From NCBI GenBank assembly GCA_037927135.1, contig JAXSPP010000001.1, positions 256,001 through 320,000 on the forward strand: a stretch of DNA of 64,000 nt, in the 5' to 3' direction. A program made the position numbers and the translations under genes. Source of the stretch: Candidatus Pampinifervens sinense (GTDB taxonomy: Bacteria; Aquificota; Aquificia; Aquificales; Aquificaceae). The number at the start of each line of letters is the position of its first letter. Within the stretch, counting starts at the first letter, position 1. Shown here one piece after another: positions 1 to 10,136 of this stretch. The notes beneath the pieces were generated by a model. It made no database searches. It saw nothing but the letters and a program-made list of their open reading frames with translations, and was not told the origin of the DNA.

Positions 1-293
1 ATTATGCCGTCCAGATACCTTGATAAGGTTCTGGCCGTGTCCTTTAGGTCCTCTCCCCTTGCCACCTGTAGACTCTCCTCTTGTAAAAAGATGGCGTGGC
101 CTCCAAGCTGGCATATGGCCACCTCAAAGGAAACCCTCGTCCTTGTAGAAGGCTTGGTAAAGTATAGGGCTAAGGTCCTTCCCTGTAGGTATTTTTCTTT
201 ATCTCTTCCCTCCTTTATCTCCTTTGCCCATCTTATTATTTCCCAACCTTCCTCTGGGCTTATGTCCCAAAGGTCCACAAAGCTCCTTTTCAT
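1..293 (-). CDS. argF: Ornithine carbamoyltransferase, 5' part; runs off the window start
   Basis: Manual translation from ATG at 293: MKRSFVDLWDISPEE...LYFTKPSTRTRVSFEVAICQLGGHAIFL...GEDLKDTARTLSRYLDGI, with the STRT carbamoyl-phosphate motif. Absent from the ORF track because there is no stop in the window. Confidence 0.93.
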   Translation of the reverse strand, partial: MKRSFVDLWDISPEEGWEIIRWAKEIKEGRDKEKYLQGRTLALYFTKPSTRTRVSFEVAICQLGGHAIFLQEESLQVARGEDLKDTARTLSRYLDGI

Positions 294-298
294 CTTAT

Positions 299-718
299 CT
301 ATTTTAGCATAGTGTAGTATTTTTTGTAATTTCTAAACACCCTCTCCACATAGGCACCATGGCCCTTGGCCTTGTTCCCTTTGTTGTAGCAATCTACGGC
401 TACGGCTATGTTTGGGCTTTGGTCCAAGCATTTCCTTAACACCATGGCTCCAAAGTGTATGTTGTAGCAAGGCTCAAAGATCCACTCCTTTGGTATTTTG
501 TACCTTTCAAGCCAGTAAGAGTTTATCTGCATGATGCCATAGTCCTTTGTGCCGTTTTTGTTCGTGTTTATGGCCTTTGGGTTAAAGCCACTTTCGCTCT
601 TGGCTATGGCTATGAGAAGCAAAGGGTCCACCTTGTACCTTTCTCCCGCATCAAAAAAGCAATGATAAAAGGAAAAGGCATGAGAGGTAAGCAAAAGCAA
701 GAAGATCAAAAATATCAT
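299..718 (-). CDS. Small SLT-family lytic transglycosylase with signal peptide
   Basis: AIAKSES (catalytic E), YGIMQIN and YNKG motifs; hydrophobic N-terminus. Confidence 0.9.
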   Translation of the reverse strand: MIFLIFLLLLTSHAFSFYHCFFDAGERYKVDPLLLIAIAKSESGFNPKAINTNKNGTKDYGIMQINSYWLERYKIPKEWIFEPCYNIHFGAMVLRKCLDQSPNIAVAVDCYNKGNKAKGHGAYVERVFRNYKKYYTMLK

Positions 719-751
719 ATAATAATCATATCCTTTCTTTGGAGGTTCAAG

Positions 752-1786
752 ATGGAGAAAAACTGGAATGTGGGCACCGTTTATCTCAACGATAGGACAA
801 GGATACTTGTTATGGGTATCACTGGAAGGGAGGCCTCACAGGTGGTGGCCGAGTCGGAGGCTCTATACCCGGGCTTTATAGTGGCTGGTGTGACACCGGG
901 TAAGGGTGGCTCTGAAGTGGCGGGAAAGCCTGTGTATAACACGGTAAGGGAGGCCCTTGAGAAGCATCCGGAGATAAACACTGGATTGGTGTATGTGCCA
1001 CCGGCATCTGTGAAGGATGCGGTCATTGAACTTGTAGATGCAGGCATAAAGCTCATATACATAATCACCGAACATGTGCCCATAAGGGACACAGTTTATT
1101 TTTACCACTACGCAAAGGAAAGGGGTGTTATCATAGTAGGCCCCACATCCCTTGGTTGCATGATGCCTTGGATACCAGCAAGGATAGGGGCCATAGGCGG
1201 AAAGAACCCATCCATAGCCTACGAAAAAGGTGGCCTTGTAATCCTCTCCAAGTCTGGTGGCCTTACCACTACCACTGCGGAGATGTTCAAAAGAAGGGGT
1301 TGGGGCGTTTATATGGCCCTTGCCTTGGGTGGTGACGTGATCTCTTGTACCACCTTTGCGGATGCCTTAGAAAACATTGCAGATGATCCCAATGTAAAAG
1401 GTGTGATAATACAAGGTGAGGTGGGCGGTTCCTACGAGGAGAAGGCTGCGGAGACCATCTTGAGGCTTTGGAAAGAAGGAAGGTGGAACAAGCCAGTGGC
1501 TGCCTTTGTGGCCGGAAGGTTCCAAGAGAAGCTTGAGGGTGTGGCCTTTGGACATGCAGGCGCCATAGTGGAAAGGGGTAAAGGAAAGGCAACAGACAAG
1601 ATAAGGGCCTTTAACGAAGTTGGAAAGATCACAGGCCTTGTAAAGGTGGCCGAGTTCTACCACGACCTTGTGCATTGCATAGAGGAACTTGGAGTCCCAA
1701 GGGACTTTGAAGACACCACACCGGAAGGAAGGGTAAAGCCCCTATATTCTACCATTGACGAAGAGACTTGCCAGTTTAAAGGCTAA
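752..1786 (+). CDS. ccsB: Citryl-CoA synthetase small subunit (SucD/AclA-like CoA-ligase alpha subunit)
   Basis: GGAGG SD then ATG at 752; 344 aa; GITGRE, GVTPGKGG, SKSGGLT, GEVGG and phospho-His motif FGHAGA; lies beside rTCA genes. The ORF-track start at 455 is an over-extension. Confidence 0.8.
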   Translation: MEKNWNVGTVYLNDRTRILVMGITGREASQVVAESEALYPGFIVAGVTPGKGGSEVAGKPVYNTVREALEKHPEINTGLVYVPPASVKDAVIELVDAGIKLIYIITEHVPIRDTVYFYHYAKERGVIIVGPTSLGCMMPWIPARIGAIGGKNPSIAYEKGGLVILSKSGGLTTTTAEMFKRRGWGVYMALALGGDVISCTTFADALENIADDPNVKGVIIQGEVGGSYEEKAAETILRLWKEGRWNKPVAAFVAGRFQEKLEGVAFGHAGAIVERGKGKATDKIRAFNEVGKITGLVKVAEFYHDLVHCIEELGVPRDFEDTTPEGRVKPLYSTIDEETCQFKG

Positions 1787-1820
1787 TAAAAAATAAGGGC
1801 TGGGCCTTCCCAGCCCAAAA
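1786..1820 (-). terminator. Intrinsic terminator between convergent ccsB and the OMP gene
   Basis: Perfect stem GGGCTGGG-cctt-CCCAGCCC (1797-1816); the preceding A-tract gives a U-tract on the minus strand. Confidence 0.8.
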
Positions 1821-1823
1821 GCT

Positions 1824-2561
1824 TTAAAACTCAAAGCCAGCCTCTACAAAAGGTCCTTTTAGCTTAACCTTAGATTTTACATCCGATACATCTATCTTAA
1901 GCTCTTGATACCTGTAGCCACCAGCCAAAAAGACATATTTTACAGGCTTTACCTTTAGCCTGCCGATTAGGTCATAATAGTGGTTGGAGCTATAGGCCAC
2001 ACCCCTTAGCTCACCCTCTATGCTAAGTAGATTGACAGGCCTTATCTGCAAGCCCGTGTATAGCATAGGGATTGGAACGGTCACACTTTTTGATTCTGAT
2101 TTATCATTCTGTTCTACCTTTGCATAAAGGTCCATGACCCTCACGTTTAGTCCAAGCTCTGCGGAAAGCACTCCATTTGTTAGCTTCTTTAGGCCGGGTA
2201 TTCCATAATAAAGGGCTATATCATAGTGGTCAAGCCTTGTTTTAGAGTAGAAATCTACACCCCCTTGAAATTGTTCACCACCAAAGGTAAATTCAACATC
2301 CTTTCTACCTATAGCCTCAAACCTGCTGGGTGTTGCCATAAGGTATATGTTGGGCAGAATAGAAGGCATATCAATCTTTAGCCTGCTCATGGGCCTTGTC
2401 TTTTTGCCATACCTTAGGTCGCCATCCACATCAATCCTGTCTCCCTTGTAGCTTATGTAGCCTCCCGGGTCTTGGTTCCACACTCCAATGCTGCCCTCCA
2501 CACCGATGGCAAAGCTAAAGGCAGGCAAAAGGACAGCTGAAGTTAAAAGGAGTTTTTTCAT
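1824..2561 (-). CDS. Outer-membrane beta-barrel protein (TIGR04219-like)
   Basis: Signal peptide MKKLLLTSAVLLPAFSFA, alternating beta-strand pattern, C-terminal VEAGFEF; GGGAGG SD supports ATG 2561. Confidence 0.8.
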   Translation of the reverse strand: MKKLLLTSAVLLPAFSFAIGVEGSIGVWNQDPGGYISYKGDRIDVDGDLRYGKKTRPMSRLKIDMPSILPNIYLMATPSRFEAIGRKDVEFTFGGEQFQGGVDFYSKTRLDHYDIALYYGIPGLKKLTNGVLSAELGLNVRVMDLYAKVEQNDKSESKSVTVPIPMLYTGLQIRPVNLLSIEGELRGVAYSSNHYYDLIGRLKVKPVKYVFLAGGYRYQELKIDVSDVKSKVKLKGPFVEAGFEF

Positions 2562-2600
2562 GGAACGCACCTCCCTAAATTTTTGTTGCCAGATATTATA

Positions 2601-2693
2601 TCAAAGCCTTTCCCGCATCAGCCTAAAAGCCAGACCGCTTAAGAAGATCACCGTTATGAGGCCTATAAAAGCCAATATGAGTATATACTTCAT
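2601..2693 (-). CDS. Unannotated 30-aa single-TM small protein MKYILILAFIGLITVIFLSGLAFRLMRERL
   Basis: ATG overlaps the fumarase stop (ATGA); it fills the intergenic gap; one hydrophobic helix followed by a basic tail. Confidence 0.6.
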   Translation of the reverse strand: MKYILILAFIGLITVIFLSGLAFRLMRERL

Positions 2694-3535
2694 AGCTCTA
2701 TCTCTGCATGTCTGTTGGCATGGCATTGAATGTTGACAGCTACCGGCAAGGAAGCTATATGACATGGGTATAGCTCCACCTTTACATCCACAGCGGTCAC
2801 CGTTCCTCCAAAGCCCATAGGACCCCAGCCTATCTTGTTTATCTCCTCTATCAGCTCCTCCTCTATCCTCCTTGCCACTGGATCTTTGCTCCTTTCTCCT
2901 ATAGGTCTTAACAGGGCCCTCTTGGCAAGAAGGGCGCAGTATTCAAAGGTTCCACCTATGCCCACACCCACCGTAAAAGGCGGGCAGGCATTGGGACCTG
3001 CCAGTTTTACCGTCTCAAGTATAAACCTCTTTACACCTTCCCAGCCATCCGCGGGCTTTAGCATGGCAAGGCGCGATGTGTTTTCTGATCCAGCACCCTT
3101 TGGTGCAAAGATAAGCCTTAGCTTGTCTCCCGGCACAACCCTGTAGTGTATAACTGCTGGCGTGTTGTCCTTTGTATTCTTCCTCTCAAAGACTGGGTCA
3201 TAGACCATAGAAGCCCTAAGGTAGCCCTCCGTGTATGCCCTTCTCACACCTTCGTTTATGGCATCCTCTAAGGAACCACCTACCACATGCACATCCTGAC
3301 CTATATCCACAAAGACCACAGCCACACCCGTATCCTGACAGTAGGCCATCTGTTCCTCTCTTGCAGCTTTTATGTTCAAAAGGATCTGCTGCAAGACTTC
3401 CCTTCCCAGTTCTGACTCCTCTCTTTTTAGGGCGCTCTGATAGGCAAGCTCCACATCCTCCGGAAGCTCATAGTTTGCCTTTATGGCTATTTTTTTTACT
3501 GCCTCTACTATCTGTTCATAGTGTATTTCTCGCAT
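2690..3535 (-). CDS. fumA: Class I Fe-S fumarate hydratase, alpha subunit
   Basis: CQDTG, KGAGSEN, GPNACPP, CHIASLPVAVNIQCHANR motifs. Confidence 0.92.
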   Translation of the reverse strand: MREIHYEQIVEAVKKIAIKANYELPEDVELAYQSALKREESELGREVLQQILLNIKAAREEQMAYCQDTGVAVVFVDIGQDVHVVGGSLEDAINEGVRRAYTEGYLRASMVYDPVFERKNTKDNTPAVIHYRVVPGDKLRLIFAPKGAGSENTSRLAMLKPADGWEGVKRFILETVKLAGPNACPPFTVGVGIGGTFEYCALLAKRALLRPIGERSKDPVARRIEEELIEEINKIGWGPMGFGGTVTAVDVKVELYPCHIASLPVAVNIQCHANRHAEIEL

Positions 3536-4520
3536 TTAAAAGCTCCTCCACAAGGGCTATGTTTTTTCTTACGGACTCTACAGACCTTTTCCACATCTGG
3601 CGTTCCTCTTCTATCATGGGTATTTTAATTATCTCCTCCACTCCGCAGTTTCCAAGCTTTACTGGCACACCTACACAAAGGCCCTCTGCCTCGTAGTATT
3701 GTCCCACCTCTCCTTCTAGATAGACCGAACATGGAAGTATTCTCTTGTTGTCTGTCACTATGGCCTCTACCATCTGCACTATGGAAGCGGCTGGGGCATG
3801 GTAGGCCGATGTGCCCATAAGGTCCACTATCTCTCCACCACCAAACTGGGTCCTCTTTATAAGCTCCTGTATTTTATCCTTTGGTAGCATATCCTTTAAA
3901 GGTATGCCTCCCACGTTGGAAATGGATATGAGCGGGACCATCTCATCACCATGACCACCTATCACATAGGCGTGTATATCCATGGGTGATACCTTAATCT
4001 CTCTTGATATAAAGGTCTTAAAACGGGCAGAGTCCAAAACGCCAGCCATACCCATTACTCTGTTCTTTTCAAAGCCCAAGATTCTATAGACCGCATAGGT
4101 CATAAGGTCCACAGGGTTTGTAACCACTATCACTATAGCCTCCGGCGCATATTCTTTTATCTTGTTTGCTATAAGAGAGAGGATGGACAGGTTCTTTTCA
4201 AGAAGGTCCTCTCTGGACATGCCCGGCCTTCTTGGAAAGCCAGCCGTTATCACCACTATATCGCTACCCTTTAGGGCCTCATAGCCCTCTCCCTCCGGGC
4301 TGACCGTATAGCCCTCCACCTTTCCATCAATGTTTAGTGCTGAAAGCATCTGTTGGATGTCAAGGGCTTTGCCCTTTACAGGTTCTATTATCCTTTCACC
4401 ATCCTTTTTGGGAAGGTCAAACATGCGTACATCCACAAGCCCCCTCAAGGCCAAAAGGCTGGCCGTATGCTCCCCCACGTTACCCGCACCTATTACAGAG
4501 ACCACTTTACGCATCTTCAT
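3516..4520 (-). CDS. mdh: LDH-like malate dehydrogenase
   Basis: GAGNVG, TAGFPRRPGMSREDL, VTNPVD, LDSARF, GGHGD motifs. Confidence 0.95.
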   Translation of the reverse strand: MKMRKVVSVIGAGNVGEHTASLLALRGLVDVRMFDLPKKDGERIIEPVKGKALDIQQMLSALNIDGKVEGYTVSPEGEGYEALKGSDIVVITAGFPRRPGMSREDLLEKNLSILSLIANKIKEYAPEAIVIVVTNPVDLMTYAVYRILGFEKNRVMGMAGVLDSARFKTFISREIKVSPMDIHAYVIGGHGDEMVPLISISNVGGIPLKDMLPKDKIQELIKRTQFGGGEIVDLMGTSAYHAPAASIVQMVEAIVTDNKRILPCSVYLEGEVGQYYEAEGLCVGVPVKLGNCGVEEIIKIPMIEEERQMWKRSVESVRKNIALVEELLNARNTL

Positions 4521-4523
4521 AGT

Positions 4524-6500
4524 TTATACCTCCACTTTTTGCTTCTTCTTTATCCAGTTCAAAAGACCACCAGCCAAAAGGACGGATATCTGCTTGGGAG
4601 TAAGGTTATACTTGCAAACTATCTCTTCCCCTGTGGTCTTGTTTATCACCACCACCTCCTTTCCAGCCTTTAGCCTTTCTATAATATCCGGTATCTCTAT
4701 CTCATCGCCCAAGGAGAACTTGTTGTAGTCCTCCTTATCCACAAACTCAAGGGGCACTATGCCAAAGTTTACAAGGTTGGCATGGTGAATTCGGGCAAAG
4801 GACTTGGCAATGACCGCACGCACACCGAGGAACCTTGGGGCCAAGGCCGCATGCTCCCTTGAAGAGCCTTGTCCATAGTTTTCACCACCTATGATGATGT
4901 TGGCCTTGCCCTTCTCATCCCTTATCCTTTTGGCCCTTGAGACAAAATCTGGATCCACATAGTGATAAACGTATTCGCTTATGGCGTAGATGTTGGACCT
5001 AAGGGGTAGGATTTTGGCTCCCGCTGGCATAATGTGGTCTGTAGTGATGTTATCGCCCACTATTAGGCTAACTTCTCCAGAGATGCTTTCTGGCAATTCG
5101 TCAAACTCGGGCAGGGGCCTTATGTTGGGACCTCTGTATATCTCCACCTTTTTCGCTTCTTCCTCCGGCAGCGGTGGTATAAAGGCCTCATCACCATATG
5201 GGAACCTTTCGGGCATCTCCACCTTTATCCACTTTATTCCTTCCCTCTCTGCCAGCTTCCTTGGGTCTATGATCTCTCCCGCTATGGCCGCGGCCACACA
5301 GACCTCTGGGGAGGCCAGGTAGACTTTGGCATCGGGTGTTCCAGACCTTCCTTCAAAGTTTCGGTTGAAGCTGCGCAAAGAGACACCACCGCTAGGTGGT
5401 GCAAAGCCCATGCCTATACAAGGCCCACAGGCGCTTTCAAGGATTCTGGCTCCAGCCTTCAAAAAGTCAAGCAAAATACCGTTCTGTGTTATAAGCTCTA
5501 GGGCCTGTTTTGAACCTGGTGCTACCGCAAAGATCACATCGGGATGCACCTTTTTACCTTTCAGCATGGTGCCCGCGCGTATGAGATCCACAAAGGAGGA
5601 GTTGGTGCAAGAGCCAATGACCACCTGATCCACCTTTATGCCCTCTACCTCTCTTACAGGCACCACATTGTCGGGAGAGTGGGGGCAGGCTATCAAAGGC
5701 TCAAGCTCAGAGAGGTTTATCTCAATGATCTCATCGTACTCCGCATCCGGGTCTGGAAGTAGCTCTATCCAATCCTCCTCCCTTCCCTGTGCCTTGAGGT
5801 ATGCCCTTGTTATCTCATCGGAAGGGAAGATAGAAGTGGTGGCTCCAAGCTCTGCACCCATGTTGGTTATGGTGGCCCTCTCTGGCACAGATAGCTCCTT
5901 TATACCTTCTCCAAAGTATTCAAATATCTTTCCTACACCACCCTTTACCGTTAGCCTTCTTAGAAGTTCAAGGATTATATCCTTTGCGGTCACCCATGGC
6001 GGAAGCTTGCCAGTTAGCTTTACACCCACTATCTTTGGCATCTTAAGGTAAAAAGGTTCTCCAGCCATTGCGGCGGCCACATCAAGGCCACCAGCTCCTA
6101 TGGCCAGCATGCCTATACCACCGGAGGTGGGTGTATGAGAATCGGAACCCAAAAGGGTCTTTCCGGGCTTTGCAAACCTTTCCAAATGCACCTGATGGCA
6201 TATACCATTGCCAGGCTTTGAAAGCCAAATGCCATACCTTTTGGCAATGCTCATAAGGTATTTATGATCATCGGGGTTTTTAAAGTCCGTTTGAAGCATG
6301 TTGTGGTCTATGTAGCTAACAGAGAGCTCCGTCTTTACCCTATCTACGCCCATGGCCTCAAACTGCAAATAGGCCATGGTTCCAGTGGCATCTTGGGTAA
6401 GGGTCTGGTCTATCTTTATGGCTATCTCCTCTCCTGGCACAAGCCTTCCGCTAACAAGATGCTCTTTAAGTATCTTATAAGCTACCGTTCCTTTTGCCAT
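4524..6500 (-). CDS. acn: Aconitate hydratase (Aquifex type, about 660 aa)
   Basis: DSHT, GSCTNS, CGPCIGMG, NRNFEGR, TTDHI, GSSREHA motifs. Confidence 0.93.
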   Translation of the reverse strand: MAKGTVAYKILKEHLVSGRLVPGEEIAIKIDQTLTQDATGTMAYLQFEAMGVDRVKTELSVSYIDHNMLQTDFKNPDDHKYLMSIAKRYGIWLSKPGNGICHQVHLERFAKPGKTLLGSDSHTPTSGGIGMLAIGAGGLDVAAAMAGEPFYLKMPKIVGVKLTGKLPPWVTAKDIILELLRRLTVKGGVGKIFEYFGEGIKELSVPERATITNMGAELGATTSIFPSDEITRAYLKAQGREEDWIELLPDPDAEYDEIIEINLSELEPLIACPHSPDNVVPVREVEGIKVDQVVIGSCTNSSFVDLIRAGTMLKGKKVHPDVIFAVAPGSKQALELITQNGILLDFLKAGARILESACGPCIGMGFAPPSGGVSLRSFNRNFEGRSGTPDAKVYLASPEVCVAAAIAGEIIDPRKLAEREGIKWIKVEMPERFPYGDEAFIPPLPEEEAKKVEIYRGPNIRPLPEFDELPESISGEVSLIVGDNITTDHIMPAGAKILPLRSNIYAISEYVYHYVDPDFVSRAKRIRDEKGKANIIIGGENYGQGSSREHAALAPRFLGVRAVIAKSFARIHHANLVNFGIVPLEFVDKEDYNKFSLGDEIEIPDIIERLKAGKEVVVINKTTGEEIVCKYNLTPKQISVLLAGGLLNWIKKKQKVEV

Positions 6501-6548
6501 GCGGACCTCCTTTCAAAAAGTTATGATTTATATTATAGCCTTAGGAAG

Positions 6549-6785
6549 ATGTTAAAAGAAAGGCTCAAAAGGATAGAAAGGTTGGCCCTTGACCCTTTTA
6601 ACCCGGAGGCCTTAAAGGTAGAACTGGAAAAGCTCATGGAAGATATTCCCTCCATGAAGAGGGAGGAGCTAGAGGAGCTAAGAGATTTCCTACACACTTT
6701 GAAAAAGAGGCTTGAGGAGAACTACACCATATGCTTTGGCTGGGTGGAAAAGGCTTTGAAAGAGGGCTTCAGAAGAGAAGCATGA
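6549..6785 (+). CDS. Hypothetical 78-aa helical protein
   Basis: MLKERLKRIERLALDPF...; host-like codon use; ATGA overlap with the next gene. Confidence 0.65.
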   Translation: MLKERLKRIERLALDPFNPEALKVELEKLMEDIPSMKREELEELRDFLHTLKKRLEENYTICFGWVEKALKEGFRREA

Positions 6786-7912
6786 TAGCCCTTTTTGTGC
6801 TCTTCCTTTTTAACCTTGTCTATGCTCTCAACGTGCCGCTTATAAACCAGCAGTCCTACGCTCTCATTGACCATATGAAAAGGATTGAAGACTTTCCCCA
6901 AGTGCTGGAGGGCAAAAGGGTAAAGGATTGGATAAGGGAGGATGAGCTACCTAAAGGGAAGCTTTTTATAAATGACAGGGAGCTTAAAAATGAGGACCTT
7001 TTGACCCTTATGGAAAAAACAAACCTTGAAAGCATACCAGACCTTGTGCCTGTAAAGTTTGGATGGACGCTAAAAAGGACCAACATGCGCATGTATCCAA
7101 GCCAAGACATTATCCACAAAGGGAACCCAGCCATAGACTACAACCAATACACCCTCCTTGAGCCCTTCACACCCCTTGCCATACTCCATAGTTCAAAGGA
7201 TGGAGAGTGGCTTTATGTGCATGCACCCTATATGAGGGGTTGGGTAAGGAAGGAAGATGTTCTTGTAAGAAGCAGGGAGGAACTTCTAAAAATCATAAGA
7301 ATGCCCTTCCTTGTGGTTGTGAAAAATAAAGTGGAGATAGGTGGCTTTGTCTTTGGCCTTGGCTCCAAAATACCCTATGTGGAGAAGGGGAAGGAAGGCT
7401 ACAAGGTGATGCTTCCAGATTTAAGAACCCTATGGATAAAAAAGGAAGAGGGCCTTTCAGAGGGCTTTTTAAACTTCAGCGAAGAGAGGGCAAGGTACAT
7501 TCTTGAAGGCCTTCTTGGCATACCTTACGACTGGGGTGGAAAGGAGGGAAGGTGGGACTGCTCTTCCCTTGTGCAAAGCCTTTATGCAGTCTTTGGCCTT
7601 GAACTTCCAAGAAACTCAGCTCAGCAGGCAAAGATAGGAAGAGTGGTGACCAAAAGCTTTTCCTCTTATGAGGAATTTAAAAGCCTTTTAAAAAGTCTTC
7701 CACCTTTTAGGACGCTTATATTCATGAAGGGCCATGTGATGATATACGGCGGTATGGAAGGGGGAGAACCTGTTATCTACCATGCGGTCCACAGCATCAC
7801 CCAAGAGGATGGCAAAAGGAATCATATAGGCGCCATAGCCAAGAACTACCTTGAAAGGCACAGGCTAAGAAATATTTACAGGTCTGTGGTGAGCGTGAAT
7901 GTGCTAGATTAG
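6782..7912 (+). CDS. Exported SH3-domain plus NlpC/P60 peptidoglycan endopeptidase
   Basis: Signal peptide from ATG 6782; YDWGG...DCSSLV, LPRNSAQQ, GHVMIY and YHA catalytic motifs. Confidence 0.88.
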   Translation: MIALFVLFLFNLVYALNVPLINQQSYALIDHMKRIEDFPQVLEGKRVKDWIREDELPKGKLFINDRELKNEDLLTLMEKTNLESIPDLVPVKFGWTLKRTNMRMYPSQDIIHKGNPAIDYNQYTLLEPFTPLAILHSSKDGEWLYVHAPYMRGWVRKEDVLVRSREELLKIIRMPFLVVVKNKVEIGGFVFGLGSKIPYVEKGKEGYKVMLPDLRTLWIKKEEGLSEGFLNFSEERARYILEGLLGIPYDWGGKEGRWDCSSLVQSLYAVFGLELPRNSAQQAKIGRVVTKSFSSYEEFKSLLKSLPPFRTLIFMKGHVMIYGGMEGGEPVIYHAVHSITQEDGKRNHIGAIAKNYLERHRLRNIYRSVVSVNVLD

Positions 7913-9291
7913 AACTCTATTACCTCTCCCTCCTCTGGTATGTGCCAATGGAGGCCAAGCTCATTCTTTATGGCCTCACCGAAAACCTTCATCTTCTCCT
8001 CCTCTCCATGTATGAGGAAGACCTTTTTGGGCCTTTGGGTAAAGGAGAGCCACTCTAAAAGGCCCCTTTGGTCCGCATGGGAAGAAAAGCCGTTTATGGT
8101 AAAGACTTTTGCCCTCACGTTTATCTCTTCCGAGAATATCCTTACCGTTTGAGCCCCTTCTATGATCTTCCTTCCGAGGGTGCCCTTTGGCTGGTAGCCC
8201 ACAAAGACTATGGAACACTCCTCCCTCCAGAGGTTGTATTTGAGATGATGTAAAACCCTCCCACCGTTTAGCATGCCAGACCCTGCGATTATTATGGCAC
8301 CAGAGCTTATGGAGTTTATGGCCTTTGACTCCTCTACATCCTTTGTATAGATAAGGTTTGGAAGTTCAAAGGGATTCTTCTCAAGGAAGACCCTATAGGT
8401 CTCTTCATCATAAAACTCTGGATGGGAAGTGAAAAGCCTTGTTATGCTTATGGCCAAGGGACTATCAAGGAATATTTGGCACCTGGGTAGCTTTCCCTCC
8501 TCATAAAACTCCCTCAAAACGTAGAGTATCTCTTGGGCCCTCTCAAGGGCGTAGGAGGGTATGATGAGGTTGCCACCCCTTCCTATGGTGTATCTTATGG
8601 CCTCAAGAAGCTCCTGCTTGGACTCTTCAAAGCTCTTGTGGTTCCTGTCTCCGTAAGTGCTCTCTATAAAGACATAGTCGGCAGGTGATGGACTTTCTGG
8701 ATCTCTCACTATGGGCTTGTTCTTGTTGCCAAGGTCTCCAGAGAAGATGACCCTTTTGGGCCTGTTGTCCTCGTATACATCAAGCTCCACAAAGGCAGAC
8801 CCTAATATATGCCCCGCATCCCTCAGCCTCAGCACCACGCCCTTTGAGAGCCTGTAGTCCTTGTTGTAAGGAAGCCTTATTTTGAAAAGCTCTGTGGCTT
8901 CAAGGACATCATACTCTTCGTAGAGTGGCTCCCTTGGCACCTTGCCCGTCCTTGCAAGCTTTTTCAAAAGGGTCTTGTAGTTTTCATACATAACCTTGCT
9001 TGCATCCAAAAGCATAAGTCTTGAGAGTTTGGCCGTAGGCTCTGTGCATATGATCTTCCCTTTAAAGCCCTCCCTTACAAGCAAGGGTATCCTTCCACAG
9101 TGGTCTATGTGGGCATGGGTAAGCACTAAGTAGTCTATCTTTTTGGGGTCAAAGGGAAAGGGCTCGTAGTTTTTCTCCTCGTCCTCCCCCTGAAACATGC
9201 CACAGTCTATAAGAAGCCTTACATCCCTCACCTCCACATAAAAACAGCTACCCGTCACCCTTTTGGCACCACCGTAGGGTATTACCTTCAT
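7909..9291 (-). CDS. MBL-fold beta-CASP ribonuclease
   Basis: [32 protein letters not shown] motifs. Confidence 0.92.
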   Translation of the reverse strand: MKVIPYGGAKRVTGSCFYVEVRDVRLLIDCGMFQGEDEEKNYEPFPFDPKKIDYLVLTHAHIDHCGRIPLLVREGFKGKIICTEPTAKLSRLMLLDASKVMYENYKTLLKKLARTGKVPREPLYEEYDVLEATELFKIRLPYNKDYRLSKGVVLRLRDAGHILGSAFVELDVYEDNRPKRVIFSGDLGNKNKPIVRDPESPSPADYVFIESTYGDRNHKSFEESKQELLEAIRYTIGRGGNLIIPSYALERAQEILYVLREFYEEGKLPRCQIFLDSPLAISITRLFTSHPEFYDEETYRVFLEKNPFELPNLIYTKDVEESKAINSISSGAIIIAGSGMLNGGRVLHHLKYNLWREECSIVFVGYQPKGTLGRKIIEGAQTVRIFSEEINVRAKVFTINGFSSHADQRGLLEWLSFTQRPKKVFLIHGEEEKMKVFGEAIKNELGLHWHIPEEGEVIEF

Positions 9292-10130
9292 GCCAAGGTT
9301 TCTAAATACATCTTTGCTATCCTTTGGGCCAAGGTGTTCATCCTCCTTATGTACCTTGCCCTCTCTTGCACCGATATTACACCCCTTGCATCAAGCAGGT
9401 TAAAGGTATGAGAACACTTAAGAAGATAGTCGTAAGCTGGTAGCACAAGCCCCTCCTCCAAAAGCCTCTTTGTCTCCTTTTCATACATCTCGTATAGTTC
9501 AAAGAGCATCTTGGGGTCTGACTTTTCAAAGTTATACACGCTCCACTGGTATTCTGAGACTTTGAAAACATCGCCGTAGGTTAGCCACTGGTTCCACTTT
9601 ATATCAAAGACGCTGTCCACATCTTGTAAATACATGGCTATCCTCTCAAGGCCGTAGGTGATCTCTACCGATATCTCCTCAAGGTCAAGGCCTCCGGCCT
9701 GCTGGAAGTAGGTAAACTGGGTTATCTCCATGCCGTCAAGCCAAACCTCCCACCCAAGACCCCAAGCACCAAGGGTAGGAGACTCCCAATCATCCTCCAC
9801 AAACCTGATATCATGCTCCCTTGGGTCTATGCCAAGGGCCTTAAGGCTCTCTAAGTATATCTCCTGAGGGTTTTCTGGTGCGGGCTTTAGGATCACCTGA
9901 AATTGAAAGTAGTGCTGTAGCCTGTTTGGGTTCTCCCCATACCTTCCATCCTTGGGCCTCCTTGATGGTTCCACGTAGGCCACATTCCAAGGCTTTTTCC
10001 CAAGCACCTTTAAAAAGGTGGCTGGGTTCATCGTTCCTGCGCCCGTCTCTATATCGTAGGGTTGCCAGATGGCACAGCCCCTCTCTGCCCAAAACTTGTG
10101 CAAGGCCATTATAAGGTCCTGGAAGTACAT
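9288..10130 (-). CDS. glyQ: Glycine-tRNA ligase alpha subunit
   Basis: [38 protein letters not shown] motifs. Confidence 0.98.
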   Translation of the reverse strand: MYFQDLIMALHKFWAERGCAIWQPYDIETGAGTMNPATFLKVLGKKPWNVAYVEPSRRPKDGRYGENPNRLQHYFQFQVILKPAPENPQEIYLESLKALGIDPREHDIRFVEDDWESPTLGAWGLGWEVWLDGMEITQFTYFQQAGGLDLEEISVEITYGLERIAMYLQDVDSVFDIKWNQWLTYGDVFKVSEYQWSVYNFEKSDPKMLFELYEMYEKETKRLLEEGLVLPAYDYLLKCSHTFNLLDARGVISVQERARYIRRMNTLAQRIAKMYLETLA

Positions 10131-10136
10131 GGAAAA

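Noticed and set aside
4-312. 102-aa plus-strand ORF
   Set aside because: Antisense shadow of argF on the minus strand.
455-751. N-terminal extension of ccsB in the ORF track
   Set aside because: Overlaps the antisense transglycosylase; the SD supports ATG 752. The same over-extension affects the track starts at 6264, 6731, 10748, 30018, 33597 and 44541.
2835-6256. Many short ORFs antisense to the rTCA genes, and similar ones window-wide
   Set aside because: Ser/Pro/Phe-rich shadows of strongly biased coding strands; no motifs or initiation signals.
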